Source: Marsupella aquatica (Eukaryota > Plantae > Marchantiophyta). Taken from it: 64,000 nucleotides of DNA. Positions 1-13,450 of this stretch are shown here, piece by piece. The stretch covers positions 11,964,771-12,028,770 of the forward strand of contig OZ316891.1 of the NCBI GenBank assembly GCA_973895155.1, read 5' to 3'. The notes beneath the pieces were generated by a model. It saw only the letters and a program-made list of their open reading frames with translations. It had not been told where the DNA came from and ran no database searches. The position numbers were made by a program, and so were the translations under genes. Position 1 is the stretch's first letter. Each line of letters starts with the position of its first letter.

Positions 1-753
1 GTGACTGCGGTTGTCAGCAATGGATCCACGGTAGTCCCCTGGGCGAGAGGGTCGGTGAGAGACACGGCCTCTGACAGCAGGTCGAGAAAAGCGAGCAAGA
101 AGGGCTTCTTCAGCAACTTCCTCTCGTTTCCCTTTCCTCCAGAAAGCCTCAGCCTGCATACGTTCCACAAGGGAGGAGAACTTGGGTGTATGGGTTCTAG
201 ATAAATCAGCGCCAAAGCTGGATACAAAGGGACCCCAGCTATGGGGTAACCCGCCTAGAACAATGTGAATGAGACGGGAGTTGTCAACAGTGGCATTAAT
301 CATGGAGAGTTGGGAAGTGATGCTTTCTACTTCCCTGAGGTAGTCTTCGACGTTACTGCCTTCAGTCATCTTGACTTTATGCAGCTTCTGTTCGAGGAGA
401 AGTCTGCGTTGGAGAAGGTCACCTCGAAAGCGCTGCTTGAAGTGCTGCCAGCAGGCAACAGGATCGTTGCCATATGAAGCAACGACATGGAGGAACTTGG
501 TCTTGACGGTGGCCATCAGAATGGACTTGGCCTTGATGATCTTCTTCTTGCGTTCCTTGGGAGTGAGGACAATCTCATCCTCTACTGTAGCAACGTTGGT
601 TGTGTCAGTGTTGTCGCTGTCTTCGTCAGCGAACTTCAGTTCATCCCATACCTCGTCTCGCTCGAGCAGGGTCTGGACTTGTAAGCTCCACGTGATGTGG
701 TTGCTTTCTCCATCTAGCTTGTCAGCTTCACTGAATATTCTAGCTAGGTCCAT
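1..753 (-). CDS. gag: Ty1/Copia Gag (UBN2/Retrotran_gag_2-like), open and running off the left edge
   Basis: Manual minus-strand translation from ATG 753: MDLARIFSEADKLDGESNHITWSLQVQTLLERDEVW...KLHKVKMTEGSNVEDYLREVESITSQLSMI...IVLGGLPHSWGPFVSS. No stop seen. It follows a PBS and an LTR. Confidence 0.9.
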   Translation of the reverse strand, partial: MDLARIFSEADKLDGESNHITWSLQVQTLLERDEVWDELKFADEDSDNTDTTNVATVEDEIVLTPKERKKKIIKAKSILMATVKTKFLHVVASYGNDPVACWQHFKQRFRGDLLQRRLLLEQKLHKVKMTEGSNVEDYLREVESITSQLSMINATVDNSRLIHIVLGGLPHSWGPFVSSFGADLSRTHTPKFSSLVERMQAEAFWRKGKREEVAEEALLARFSRPAVRGRVSHRPSRPGDYRGSIADNRSH

Positions 754-871
754 GGCTAGATCACGTTGGGAACTCTCACCAACTGAAATAGACGGAGGGA
801 CAGGTCACTCAAACTCAGAGAACTCTCATCTAAGTCTAGCGTTGGATCTTAGTCACGGGAGAGCTAACCTT

Positions 872-883
872 GCTCTGATACCA
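872..883 (-). promoter_or_regulatory. Primer binding site (tRNA-iMet) of the Copia element
   Basis: Minus strand reads TGGTATCAGAGC, directly abutting the LTR end. Confidence 0.92.
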
Positions 884-1145
884 TGTTGATAAAACTATCT
901 AGCGTGACTAAGATACCGGAACAGTCAACGGGAAGCACATAAGTACTAGGGGAAAGGGCAAGGAGTGCAGGGGGCGACAAAGAGGCGCCGCATAGTAGAA
1001 GAGCCCAAGAGAAGTGGCGAAAGGATCAGATGGATGCAACCTAGATCTAAAGGTAAGCAGCAAGGGACAGAAGACGACAACGAACAGAAAGTGGGCCCCT
1101 ATACGGAAGGGGAAAAAGAGGTACTGAAGATCGTAGTTTCCAACA
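884..1145 (-). mobile_element. 5' LTR (~262 bp) of the Copia element
   Basis: TGTTG...CAACA termini adjacent to the PBS. The flank GGTCT (1146-1150) is the predicted TSD; the other end is outside the window. Confidence 0.8.
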
Positions 1146-3131
1146 GGTCTATTTCACTGAGAATAGGAAAATCATCATGCATTGACTTAAGATGAATTTC
1201 TTTCCACCTCTGCATGCATCTCAAGCTTTTGAAAATAGGTTTTGATAGTCAATTCTGACCAGTAACGTCACATGCGAACTGCTTCCAGCAAATCTTACCC
1301 GCCTCCCTACCATGGTTTGCTTTTGTTTTGCATTCTAGTATTGTCGTTCACTAGCCCTATACTCTCTCCTATACTTCTCATTCTCCGTACCTTGCAAAAC
1401 AAATCGACAACGTAATGGAAACATTGTATTATATGTAAAAGCCATGAATTCCAGCAAATGACCAACCTTGAACTTACACGTTTGTGACAGGAAGAATGAA
1501 CAGCGCAAAACGCGAAAGACGAAAGGCATTGAAGCTTACCGTTCATCCATCTCAATGTTTTAATTTCACAAAGTAACAAGAAATATATAGATCACAGTGA
1601 ATTCTTTGAGCTTTTCCAGGCCAGTAAAATTTACAGGATGATAACACGTAGTAGTACAGTTCAGCTTGGCGTACTCTTGTCTGTTTATATGCTCCTCACA
1701 TATATGGTATCAATCTTTGGTCTTCTTGGGGTTTTTTTCCTTTTTCCCCCACTTTATTGGGTCTCTCGCATGTGGTATCTGGTTCTCCAGGATTGGCAGT
1801 GTGAAATATATCGATCCTCCCATCGCATCTACTACTGGACTCCTCCTCATGGTATCAATCATACTTTTCGACGATCTGGTTTACAGAGAACTTGCTTTAG
1901 CGTGCCTTTGTTTTGTTTTAACTGCTTTTTGTGAGGGGGAAAGAAGCGGAAGAGTACCCGTGCAAAGGGGCTCTGGCCGGAGAGCTAAAATAGCGGAGAG
2001 AAACCCTTGCTTTATAACTCATTGAAAACAGAACAAATATTGGCACCGAAGGCACAATTCCAGCATTGTCCAGCGTCCATCGTGTGGGAACACGCAGCCC
2101 GCCATAAATCGGTTCTAGCAGAGGGAAACCAAACTCATGAGAGCAGCCTATATCGTGAGGACTCGGTAGAGGGCGGTGTCTGCAGTGCTTTTTGGACAAG
2201 TTAAGATTTGTCCAGAGCCGATTGAAGCATTCTTTGGTAGGGTCCAAACTCCAAACTGTGAGACGACCGATGAGCGTTTCAGGATCTCCTATTTGACACA
2301 GGACATGTTACAGATACGCTCCTCCATATAATAATGTGACCGGTTTGGCAGACATGCCCCGAAAATGTTAGTTTGCCCTCCAGTGCCCTGATTTGTGTAC
2401 GGATCAAAGGTGATTCTCAGTATTTCCGTGTTGCACTACTCTGAATTCGGTTACCAATCGCACATTCAATCCCCAGTTCTGCAGCAGACTGACATTCTCT
2501 ACTTGATGAGCGTATGGATCTGGAGGCTGGAATTGGATGTTCGTACATTTAACAATAGCATGTACGTGATTGTTAATGAGCAAACTGAACTGCTCCCACT
2601 GAAATCGTAATCATGTAATTCCCTGTACTGTGCTATACTGCTATGGCTCGGTGGATTATAAAGTGGCATCTGATGAGTTATGAAAGGTGAGAGGAACGGT
2701 GCGCCACCTTGGGGCCACAGTATAATTCAGCTCTATAATTCTTTAATGTTGGCAGAAGCGAACAATCATGCACAACGCTCAAGGAAACGGCTATACTTCG
2801 CCACCGTTGGCAGAAGGGAACAATCACGCACACCGCTCCAGGAAACGGATGGACACTTCAACTTTTCCTTGCAACAAACATTGAATTCCATTCATCGCGA
2901 GAACATCACAGTAGGGTCGACAAGACAAGAGGAAGACCCAAAGAAGACCTGAGGTCGAGCTGCCGAAAACCCAGGAGCGATCAACCGAAGACAGAAGCCT
3001 AGACGACCGGATGTGAATCCGGCCCAGAGTTATTTAGGGATTTAGGACAAAGTGTTCACTTAAATTGCAATTTCGTCCTCAATTCTTCTCCTGGTCTCAC
3101 CGATGCAAGCCGAAAAGTCAAGGGTCAAAAT

Positions 3132-4421
3132 TGTTGATGAAAGAGTGTGCGGCACTACAAGAACACTACACACAACTTGTCAAATTCTGAGGGAAGGCTA
3201 CGTAGACTAGGCTCAGGCTGTCCTCGTTGGACGTCCAAGGCTACCGCGTACCTCTCCCTACTGAACTACAGTAGATACTATATTAGAGTGTGTCAACTTT
3301 GGTCGATGATTCGATCATCAGGTGTCCGGCCCGGCTGTGTCGCACTGGACATCGGGAGCTGAACCCACTCTTGTTTCGTCGTTGCCCGTCTCTTCGTGAA
3401 CCCCACCTATGGTCGCCGGGTCGCCGGGCTCGATGCCCTCACGTAGCCATTTCCTGTCACACTGGTGAGGTCAATCACAGCACTATAGGCGGCATCACCA
3501 GTCCTAGTGCAGCCCGGCCAGCGCTGCAGGATCTGCGAAGAGTATCTTCAACGATCCGTTTGAGCTGTCCCTTGATGGGTTGGGAAATACACATGGACAC
3601 TTTATGTTTTGCAAAAACATGAAAATTCATTCGAAAAGCGAGCATACAACAAGGGGAACAAGGGATGGCCCACAAAAGGGGACAGCACCAGGGTGAACCT
3701 AAGGTTGAGGTGCCCAGAAACCCGAACCTAAGGTTGAGGTGCCCATAAACTCGAGAGGCTGCTGGCACCAAGAGAGGCCAAAGGGAGCCACACAAGCAAT
3801 TTAACTACTGGTGAGCCTAAGGTTGAGGTGCCCAGAAACCCGAACCTAAGGTTGAGGTGCCCATAAACTCGAGAGACTGCTGGCACCAAGAGAGGCCAAA
3901 GGGAGCCACACAAGAAATTTAACTACTGGAGAGGGAGTGGCACACTCTGAACCGAGACTCTGGAATGTTGAGGATAATCCTTATCCTGAGACACCATGCA
4001 CATGTGAACACCATCAAAGTAGTCGACACAGCAAGTACGTGGTTCACCTCACGACTGAGACTACGTCCACAGGAAAGCAAGAGACTTTTATTTCTCTCTT
4101 GCTCCATTCCAACAATGAACTGAATATACAACTTACATGCATCACTGCTAACCTAAGTTAAGTCCTAACCTAAGTTAAGTCCTAACCTGAGTTAGCCTAA
4201 CTGTGATTAACTCTAGAGTCACAAGACTAAGAACAATACTCAACATGGAAGACCGGCCAGTGAAAGGAAGTGAGGCAAAAGGCAGCCGCACAAGCAATCT
4301 AACTATTGGAGAGGGAGTGGCACACTCTGGAAGACGGGCCAGTGAAAGGAACCGGTGGGTACTGCTAAGAGGGGAACCGACGGGTACCTACCTAAGAGGG
4401 GATCCATGACGCAGTTTCAAC
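3132..4421. mobile_element. Possible solo LTR or non-autonomous element with internal repeats
   Basis: Begins TGTTGA, ends GTTTCAAC and contains several tandem duplications. No TSD found. Confidence 0.35.
3692..3929. repeat. Two-copy 118-bp tandem duplication; each unit holds two AACCTAAGGTTGAGGTGCCC-type subrepeats
   Basis: Direct alignment; ORFs 3475..3795 and 3728..3913 begin with near-identical peptides offset by 118 nt. Confidence 0.9.
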
Positions 4422-4584
4422 CCTATCGGTCAGGTCTGCACTGCAGCTTCTACTCCTGACTTATAAGACACTTTGTGGTGGACAGGGAGGGCCTGGCGGG
4501 ACCTGGAGAATCTCCTCATGAATTCACTAGAACCTTGCCCATGTGGACACTTCAGCACAAAGTGGTGGACAAGATTTGGTTGGC

Positions 4585-4830
4585 TAAGGTTAGATGTGCC
4601 ACTGGTACATCATTGACTAGCATGACTTAGTTTGCTAGTGAGTGAAACTTAGACTACTCCTTAGGGAGCTAGAGGTTAAGAGATCTAGAGAGAGCTTAGT
4701 TTGTGAAAACTTCATATGGTTTACAAGGTTTGAGTTCACTAAAGCTCTTTTGTATGTTTCCCTGGACGTTTGGTGACATGACCCATGTATCTCTTGTTTC
4801 GCCCACTTGTGAGTATGTTGGATGTGCATG
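4585..4830 (+). mobile_element. Degenerate LTR fragment related to the 10903/32944/33997 family
   Basis: Shares AGAGAGCTT...AAAGCTCT..TGT.TGTT.CC.TGGACGT...TATCTCT...TTGGATG blocks with those LTRs. No termini visible. Confidence 0.45.
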
Positions 4831-7800
4831 CTATTTATGAGTGGCAGTCATTTACTCCACAATGAATCTGGAAGCGGATATATTTGACATTTTGGTTGAT
4901 AAGTATCCAAACTTTTAATTCAATGCTAGATTGGATTTTGGTTCTTCAAGAGCTTGAACATATATAGTGACAGAGAAGAGTGCTTTAGATTGGCAAAAGT
5001 TAACAAAAATTCATCCTATTCAAATTTTCCCAAAATAGAATTCCGCCACAGAATCCAAAATTGAATTCAGCATTGAATTCCTAATTTTCATACTTTCAAA
5101 CCACAAAACTTGACTCCTTGGAAGCTACAGTTACAAAACATTTTACCACTAAAAAAAAAAACCAGGAACAAAACGCAAACAAAACATTTTACCACTGACA
5201 ATAGAAGTGAATGCATTCAAACACATAGAAATGTCATTTAATTAACTGTGATGTCTCTAGGAGCCAAACCCAGTCTAATGTGAAATGCTATAGCCAACAA
5301 TCTGCCACTCGATCACCATTCAATCCAGCTTCCCACTTTTGGATTAGAAACACAATTTGAGAGGGAAAAAAGGCCTCCCTAACTTGTTTCAAGCGTCCCT
5401 CGCTTTAAAAAGTTAAACCTGAGTAAAACTTTAACCAATTGAAGTTAAAATACCTTACCACTTAGAAGTTACCATCAGCAACAATCTGCAAGTACAGTGG
5501 GTTGACTTAACCCAAACACTTCCTAGACTTGGAATGCGCTGTTGAATATCAAGTTCTATCAAGCATGCAGTCACGTGTTCAAACTATCAATTTGAGGGGT
5601 GCAAGCACATAAAAACTCTGTCGTTGCAGGATCGAGTTTGAATCCTTGATCATACCTAAACCTGCATCCAATGTTTTACTCTGAGCGAAAAACTTAAGGA
5701 TCCCTAAAAGGCAATGTTTGATTAATTTGCATTGGGTTGGGTTTTACATTTTTTTAATAAAAGGGGAAACGGCCTTTGAGCAAGCGGGAGTATGTATTCA
5801 CACTTTAATGCGCAGAAGAGTTTGAAGGCAAGTCTGCCTCTTCAGCTTAAGACTAAAAAATTAAGTCAAGCTTCAGATTAACTTTAAACCTAAAAAGCTC
5901 TTTGAAAGTGCACCTGCATGGGAAGGTGCATATGTTCAACCTCTACCAGAAAGCAGCCTATCAGTTTAGCTGCATGATTGTCGGTGATTGATCATGGCTT
6001 AAACAGTGACAAGTGGTTTAAGTTGATAACTGCCGTATTCGTCTTTGAGGAGTGCAGCTGACGTGGATTCTACAGTCATGGTGCCAATCTAAAAAATGTT
6101 TTAGATCCAGTCTCTAAAGGAACAATCAAGCAAGTAATTCAATTTCATTTTGAGTTTACAAACTATTTAACGACCAACTGAGCTGGACAAAGCGACGTAC
6201 TTTGTAGGTCCCAATGACAAAAAACTAAAGTGAGCAAATCTACGCGTACTCAAGTCACATGGAAATCAGCCTTTGGATTGGAAGAGGTACTAGGCAATCT
6301 TCTAGAGTACTGTACTTTTTCGTCTGAAAAGAGGTATTCTCTAATCTACCACTGTAAAGCGAAAGTGGAGATATTAATGTGAAGAGGATTATGCGAAGCT
6401 CGGTGAGATGTGCTAATCAAAATTCGTCCCATTTTCACTTTATTCAGGCTGGGAAAGGAAACTCGTGATGAATCCTGGGTTGGTCTGACCGTCTAGACAC
6501 AACACAGGCACACTGGCTAATCACTCTCTGACTTTGGCAAATAAACTCCTTGTTTCAGCGTCCACGAAAACCATACAATGACCTTTGTAGGGAATAATGC
6601 AAAATCAGGATCATTCGGTTAATTGTGGGTCAGGGTGATGACAGTACGTGGACGTAAAACGGTGCAAAGGTCTGGTTCGTAGATCTCGATATTGCCACGA
6701 TTTCTCTTCATTATTTTAACCTCAGTACTTCTTGACTCCTAGAATAAACAGCTTTTTAGATTTCTAGCTGACGACTACATTGTGTGTCTCTGAAGCAACT
6801 ATACTAAGCTGGCATGGACATTGTAGTGGGGCTCTGGCTGAACCAGGGATCGACATGGAGGCTGATGCAAGGCCCCACTGCATATGGAGACGTCTTGGCG
6901 GCCCTACATTTAGGAGGGCGTGTCAAACCTAGGCCTGTCAGGCCTCGATGGGTTTCCAGTCAATCACAGTCACGCGTTTCCCGTTAGAGTGTTCACGAAA
7001 TTCGAAATTCGGGTTTCGAAATATATGCTGTGTTGATTATAAAAATGTACTAGCAATTGAATCATTGTAGACAGAGAACACAAGAGCAGTGACTCCACAG
7101 AATGTAGGACTGAAGTAAGTTGCCAACGGTCTGTTCATGGAGCCATACATAGTATTCCGAAGCTGCTTTTCAAAAGCAGGCACAATGCGGGGCACAATGC
7201 ATCCCTGATTCATCAGACCTTCTTACCTGCACTATCAAACGTAATGGCAAAGTCAAGCCCCTCTGAACGTGTCTGTATGCAGTTTAACATTGCCGGGACC
7301 ACTGCTAATTTATGGGAGCAGCCCTGGCTGGTGGAAGTCATGCGACCAGTGTACATTTTGGTCCCAGACTCCGTCTTCCACCTTAATTAACAGCTCACTC
7401 GTAGACTGGTAGCAGCATGATGGGCTAGCTTGGGCTAGCTTCGGTGGACCATGAAAACTTCTGCAGCACTTTAGGACCACCTGGGCTTCGGCGGAATGTA
7501 TTGGGCCTCTTGGGTGGGGTGCAGTTTTTCGCCCTTGCCCAAGTCGGCTGTCTTCACGTTCGTTTGACTGTTGAGTATCGTCTACGCTGTTGACAACAAT
7601 TTTGGGATTGTAGAAATTTTGGGCCCAGTACCTTGCTTTAAGGGGCTCCACTTCATGCAAGACTTGATCTGGAGTCTGTCCGGGTATAGAGAAGGGCATG
7701 CGACTAGAGTACCACCAGAAAGAACAGACCTACTAGCATAGGCTGAGAATGTCGTTTGAAATGAAGTTTAATTTTTTAAGTAGCATTTCATAGAAATTTC

Positions 7801-8108
7801 CATATATATATAAGTCTCAGAACTTATTGAGACTTCAAGTTTTTTTCTTTTTTAAGATTTAGGTTTTCCAACTTTTGTAAAATGAAGAGATACATAACTA
7901 TATTATGACTATTATCACTCCTGTCTTCAAGATATACATGATTGTAACTTAGTGATTTGTGCTGGGATTTGTGACCAGTAGATCTGGAATTCACTCCCCA
8001 CCAGAAAATGTTGCTCCAGTTTCTGCTTTGACTTGCACGTACTATGAGTCTTGCTCCAAACCTTCCTGAACAAGTTCAATGTATTAGGTGCTTGTGTAGT
8101 TGTAAAAA

Positions 8109-8138
8109 CTAGCCCCGACTACCCGTTCCTTGAACGTG
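8109..8138 (-). mobile_element. Helitron-type 3' terminus (minus strand)
   Basis: Minus strand: CACGTTC-AAG-GAACGGG hairpin, about 10 nt spacer, then CTAG|T. Candidate TC 5' ends at 8595 or 9434 (TCTATAT...). Confidence 0.6.
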
Positions 8139-10902
8139 AATAACGAAGAGGACAATAAAAGAATTATCAAAATATATTCTCTATTCATATTCTTTGAAGG
8201 TTAATGACATGATAAAAAAATTCATCATTTTAATAATCATATATAATATATTATTCTCCTTTATGTGTACATCAGTCTTTTTATATGCACATCCATCTTC
8301 TATGCACATAATTATGTTGTGATGTGACCATAATATCTATATTTTTTTGAATATAAATACTTAAAAATTATCACAAAAAATTGACATGTACATACATCAT
8401 AGTCATGTCATGAGTTTCTCCCATGCACATGATGGTCATAAAGTTATAGAAGCTTCACTTTAGACCTAGGCTCTTAAAAGTAGACTTCACTTGGCGCTTT
8501 AAAAAAAATTGATATAGATTGGAGGTTGTCTCTACCTGTAAGTCAGTTGTGAGCTTGCTCAAAGCGGTTTCCCCTTCCAAAAAAAACTATATAGATTGCA
8601 CTACCTATTATGGAGGTTGACTGAGGTGATAAGGCCCTCAGACTAGTTTCCCCTTTCATGTGCACTATGGAAATCCTTTCAAAGTTTATCCATCTGGGTC
8701 TTTTTTGGCCCTTTTGTTGTCCCCCTTGATTGGGTCCTTTGCCTCAAGGATCATGTCTAGGATCATGGGTTGGGCGCTATTTGTTTTTTGGTAGTGATAT
8801 ATGTATTTCAAAAGTCTATCCATCTGAGCTGACGAGCCGGGGTCCACTAACAGCGACGATGACCCATGATAAGCAGTCAAAATTTTTAATTTATTTTGAA
8901 CTGGGAAAGGCAATTCTGCCAAAGGAGTTCAATGAATCCAATGGACTATTATATTCCACCACTAGTGTCGTAGACCATTATTACGGATTTCAGACTGGAA
9001 ATATCCCGTGTGCCTGAATCCAATTGATTGATTTTGGGTTAATATTCTTTCATCCAGCAGCAGCTTTTTCTGAAACCTTCTTTCAGGGTTTCCTGCTTTT
9101 GTATTTATTCCGTTGTCTTTTGGTGCTGGCGATTTGGGATGGGGGGGGGGGGGGGGGGGGTGGGGGAGGGGCGATGTTGTGGTTGGTTGAAGGGTGAGGG
9201 GAAGGGAAATCCTGCCCGAGAACCAGCTGTAACAGAACAGAGGTAAAGTACTCATCATTACATACTTTATGTCACCATTATGTAAACACAATAATATGCA
9301 AATCTGTTTTTATTTTCTCGGGGTCACACCAGAAAGATTATGGTGACAGTTTCCTTACAACTCTTCTTATCAACATCATTTATTATTGACAATACTATGA
9401 ACACACTTGCATTACATACATATATATATATAGATCTCACCAAAATGTATAATTCAGGGAAAAACAAAGTAAAATGAAAGGAAAGAAAAAGAGTTCCAAA
9501 GTGGACAAACACCTAACCAGAAAAAAAGAAAAACAAGTGTAAACCTAAAAAAGATGAATAAAAAGAGAAAAGTGTCAAACACTACATGAGTGCAAACTCA
9601 ATGACTAGTGTCTACATTGCAATATGTGACAAAAGCTAATGGGTCACATCCAAGTCCTAACCAAGTCAGCAAGTGGGACACGAAAGTCCTCTAGGGGGGC
9701 TAGCGTCTGTGGGGGCATAGTGGCGGCCACTGTGAGGGATTGATGACAAATGGCTCGAGCTTGGGCACGCTGTAAGGCCACTCAAATGCGCCGACAAAAA
9801 TGTGTGGTCAAGATGGATAGTGGGGGTCCGGAGGGACCCATCCATCCATGAATATCACGAGCAGCCTGTCGAAGGAGCCCATCAAACTGATGATAAAGAC
9901 GCCCAAAGAGCTCAATAGCAAGGGGGAGAAAGCTATCAGATGAAGCTCGAGTGACATATTTTGCCTCCTTGCTAGGGATGTTGCTGCCCCTGCCGTTGTC
10001 GCCTCTAACTCAATGAGGTCAGGACGCAAAGGGTTTGTGACCACAACATCTGCCAAAGTACGTTGACCATCACGAACCATGGTCAAATCAACCCGCAATC
10101 GCTGTGGGGGAGGACCAGGTAGCTTGAGCATCACCTCCTGTCCCACGTGTATCAAAGACCCTGAGAGAACCTGAGCAATAGCATCTTGCACAACATCATA
10201 AACAACGATGGTTTCACCGCCCAAACTGCATCGAAGCAGATGGACCTCTATGGCATCACAAGGCTTCCGACATGTGCATGCAATGGGAATACCAACAAGA
10301 AGAGGGTGAGGTAGCCCCAGACAAAGACGAAGAGCGATGATTGGAGAACTCCTCTGAAGACATCTGCAGATGAGGGATGGCTGGATAGGCCATCCTCTAG
10401 CACCTTTCCCTCCGGAAGAAAGAATACAAGCTTGGTCCGTTTCAGGTGCCTCAGCGAGGTGCTAGGAAGGGTGAAAGTGTGCATACGCTCAACAAGGTCA
10501 GCCTGAAGATGGAGAGGGTCCAAGGATAAAAACTCCTGAAAAGAAGGTAACGTGCCTCATACAAGATCCGGTAGTGAGGACTGGGCATCTCGCAAATGAA
10601 CCTGAAATGGGAGGGAACCCTCCTCAACCTCCATAAGAGATGATAGCAAAAAGGGTCGATCCTTAGCAAGGAAACGATCGACCAACAAAGAGAATGAGGT
10701 TGCCCACAAACCCAAAAATGCCAAGGGTGCTATGCTCTCAATGGAAGTAAGCCCAAAACCCCCTTGAGAAATAAGAAGTGTGAGTTGTTGGTGAAGCCAC
10801 TAAGATGAGAGCAAAGAACCAAAACCTAAAAGGGAGGCAAAAGTCTCCCGAATAGATACATCAAAAGTATGTAGGTTTAGACAAAGATCCTTGATAGGGG
10901 CA

Positions 10903-11556
10903 TGTTAGATATTTACTCAAGGTCTAGGGTTACGACATGTAACCATAGTTAGGCTAACCATAGTCGGAGACATGCTCGGGGGTTTCACTTCCACAAAAAT
11001 GGCACATCACCTGTGACAAAGTATAGAGTCATTTTATTGGTTCAAAGATAAAACTTAAGAATTTTTTGAGAAGAACAATGGAGTCTTTTAAATCAAATTT
11101 TAAGACTTATAAGAACATTAGGGTCCTTATAACCAAATTTTTGGAATATTCCAATAATATTCCAACTTTTTAGGAGTTGAAAAAAAATATTTTTTCTTAC
11201 ATTTTAGGGGGTCCAAGGCCTAAAAACGTTGCAAGTGATGGGGAGGCATCCATATAGTGAGACCCCCAATGAGACATGATTAGGTTAACTAGGATGCATA
11301 CTATATGCCAAGCAGTGTTTGCTTGGATAAGTGGAACTTAGGCTCATTGATACGGAGCAAGTTGAGAGAAAGGGAGAGCTTGTGTTGTGGAAGGCTTAGC
11401 TTGGTATGGCCGGTCGGCCTAAAGTGCAATAAAGCTCTTGTGTGTTCCCATGAACGTAGTCTCATGTGAAGGTGAACCACGTATCTCTCTGTGTCAACTA
11501 CTTGATCATTGGATGTGTCATGTGCTTACCGTTGCAATTGTCGTCTATGCTCAACA
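10903..11556 (+). mobile_element. Solo LTR inserted in the CRE-like element
   Basis: TGTT...AACA termini; exact 5-bp TSD GGGCA (10898-10902 and 11557-11561); homologous to 32944-33289 and 33997-34348. Confidence 0.92.
10975..11270. mobile_element. ~296-bp MITE-like insertion (8-bp TSD, hAT-like) inside the solo LTR
   Basis: GAGACATG duplicated at 10967-10974 and 11271-11278; imperfect TIR CTCGGGGGTTTCACT / AGTGAGACCCCCAAT; segment absent from the sister LTRs. Confidence 0.7.
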
Positions 11557-12129
11557 GGGCATGCGTCTGAGCAAGATGCCCTAGGGTGGAGGCATCTCAA
11601 CAACATCCCAAATGTTGCTTGAGTATCGGCCAACTTAAGGAGCAAAGGAGATGGGGCTAAAGTAGTCTCAAGAGCATCTGCAATAAAAGATGAGCAAAAG
11701 GTAGGAGTACCGATAGGAGAGCCAAGGACCCAAAGACCTCCTATTGGACGTAAGAACCCAGGGGAAATACCAAATTGGAGGCCGGGTACCCCACCAGACT
11801 CCAAGCACAACTTTTCATAGGCTGAACCCGCAAACCAAGGGCCATCAATTGGTTAGAAAGGGTGGTGAGGGCAGAGGCAACCTCAGCCGAGAGACCAATA
11901 ATGTGGGTGTCATCGGAAAATGAAGGGAAAATACATTGGGTGTGGGCAAAAGCAGCTTCTTGGAGAGCTATAAAATGGGCAATGGAAAAAATAGGCATGT
12001 CCAACGGGTCACCTTGCCTGGTACCTTATGCACAATTAAGAGTGGTATACTCCCCTGTGGAGGTGTGATGACTGTAAAGGAGTGGGGCCTAGAAACCATA
12101 AAACAGAGGATAAACGGGATAAGAAATTG

Positions 12130-13450
12130 AGTGGTGAACGTTGCCACCCAGCGCCCTCACCAATCCCAGCACTCACGCCAAAGTGCCCCTGGTACCCGAA
12201 CGCCTCCATGGAATACCTTGAGCAAGCAACCTAGTGATCCTTGCACCGCCAGCGGCCCCTCCCATACGAAGCTGCACTTGCTCTCCAACACGACTGCCAC
12301 TCAACGGTCCTCACTGTCTGCACAAGCAACCAAGTCCCTCGGTAAGTAACCCTTCAGGATCTAGAACTCGCCAGTCACATCCTAACTCAAGCTCAATAGA
12401 CGTTGGTAAATAGGTCAGCGATAGGTCCTCGATGCCATAAGCCAGAACCAGACCCCACGCCCATTGTTTGTCCATAACAACTTCTTCCTTGGGCGCGGCC
12501 TGGGTTCCCCCTCGTACCTATCCATCACCAACTGATTTCCCTGACCCCAGGTCGACATGCTCATGGCCCAAATAGCGTAGCTTGTCCTAAAGCTTGTCTC
12601 AACACGTCGGGACCAGAATGGCCCCGACTCTAGCAACCAACTCAAGAACCCATGGCGCCCCTAGACCCAGCTGAGCTCAGGAGGACATAGCCCTCCTCAA
12701 GAGATTTCCAACGCACCCAAGAAGTCCTCCAATGGACTTCTCGTTGGGAAAATATTGCCGTTTCCGTTTGGCATTTTCCCTTGTGTTGCAACCACCGCGG
12801 CTCACGATTTCGGCTCGCCCTTGACCCCTAGGGAGACACCACTCCCATCATATATGCTTCTGGAGACCTGCCGCCCCCGGACCAACTTTGGTCCCTAAAC
12901 ATTTGGCCTCCAACCCGGATCCTATCCCGCATAGTGGGCGCGCCACCAACTGGCAATGTCCATAACTTTCTCGTTAGGCGTCCGCAAGCGGAGTGCCTTA
13001 GCCCGTTGTGATCGGGCCGACCCAGTGCTCATGCCTAGGCCCTCAGGTCTCATAAGCGCTTGGGGTCCCCAATCGACTGAACCCGGATCGGGCCATAACT
13101 CACGCCCCAAGCATCCGTTGCCCATGGCGTCAACTCCATTGGGCTTGGGTCCAAGAGGAGCTCACACTCAAGCCCTCAGTCAGAATTTAAAGTCCATCCG
13201 GGGGCCCGGATGGTCGACCTTGAGTCTAGCCCCTTTCCCCTTGACCTGACCAGCTCTCAGCTCGCCTAAGTCCTTAGTGTGTGTCACCAGCTTGGCTCCT
13301 TGCCTTCGCTAGTGCCACGTCTTATTGCCCACAAGTCTCCCCATGCTAAGTCCTTCCCGGATGGCCTATCCGGGCCTGGACCATAAGGGATCTTGACGTC
13401 GGAGTCAACAACGCTAGAGCTAAGAGTTAAGGTAGTCGAGTTCCACGACT
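12130..13450. mobile_element. 1321-bp element with AGT...ACT termini (copy 1), probably a non-canonical solo LTR
   Basis: 5-bp TSD AATTG (12125-12129 and 13451-13455); interrupts the CRE RT; colinear with 62505-63989. Confidence 0.88.

Noticed and set aside
371-889. 172-aa plus-strand ORF and overlapping short ORFs
   Set aside because: Antisense shadows of the Copia gag frame.
7310-7699. 129-aa minus-strand ORF
   Set aside because: No recognisable motif or supporting exon structure; cannot be called without a search.
9136-9172. Long G tract (also a C tract at ~38910-38932)
   Set aside because: Simple homopolymers; G-quadruplex potential alone gives no evidence of function.
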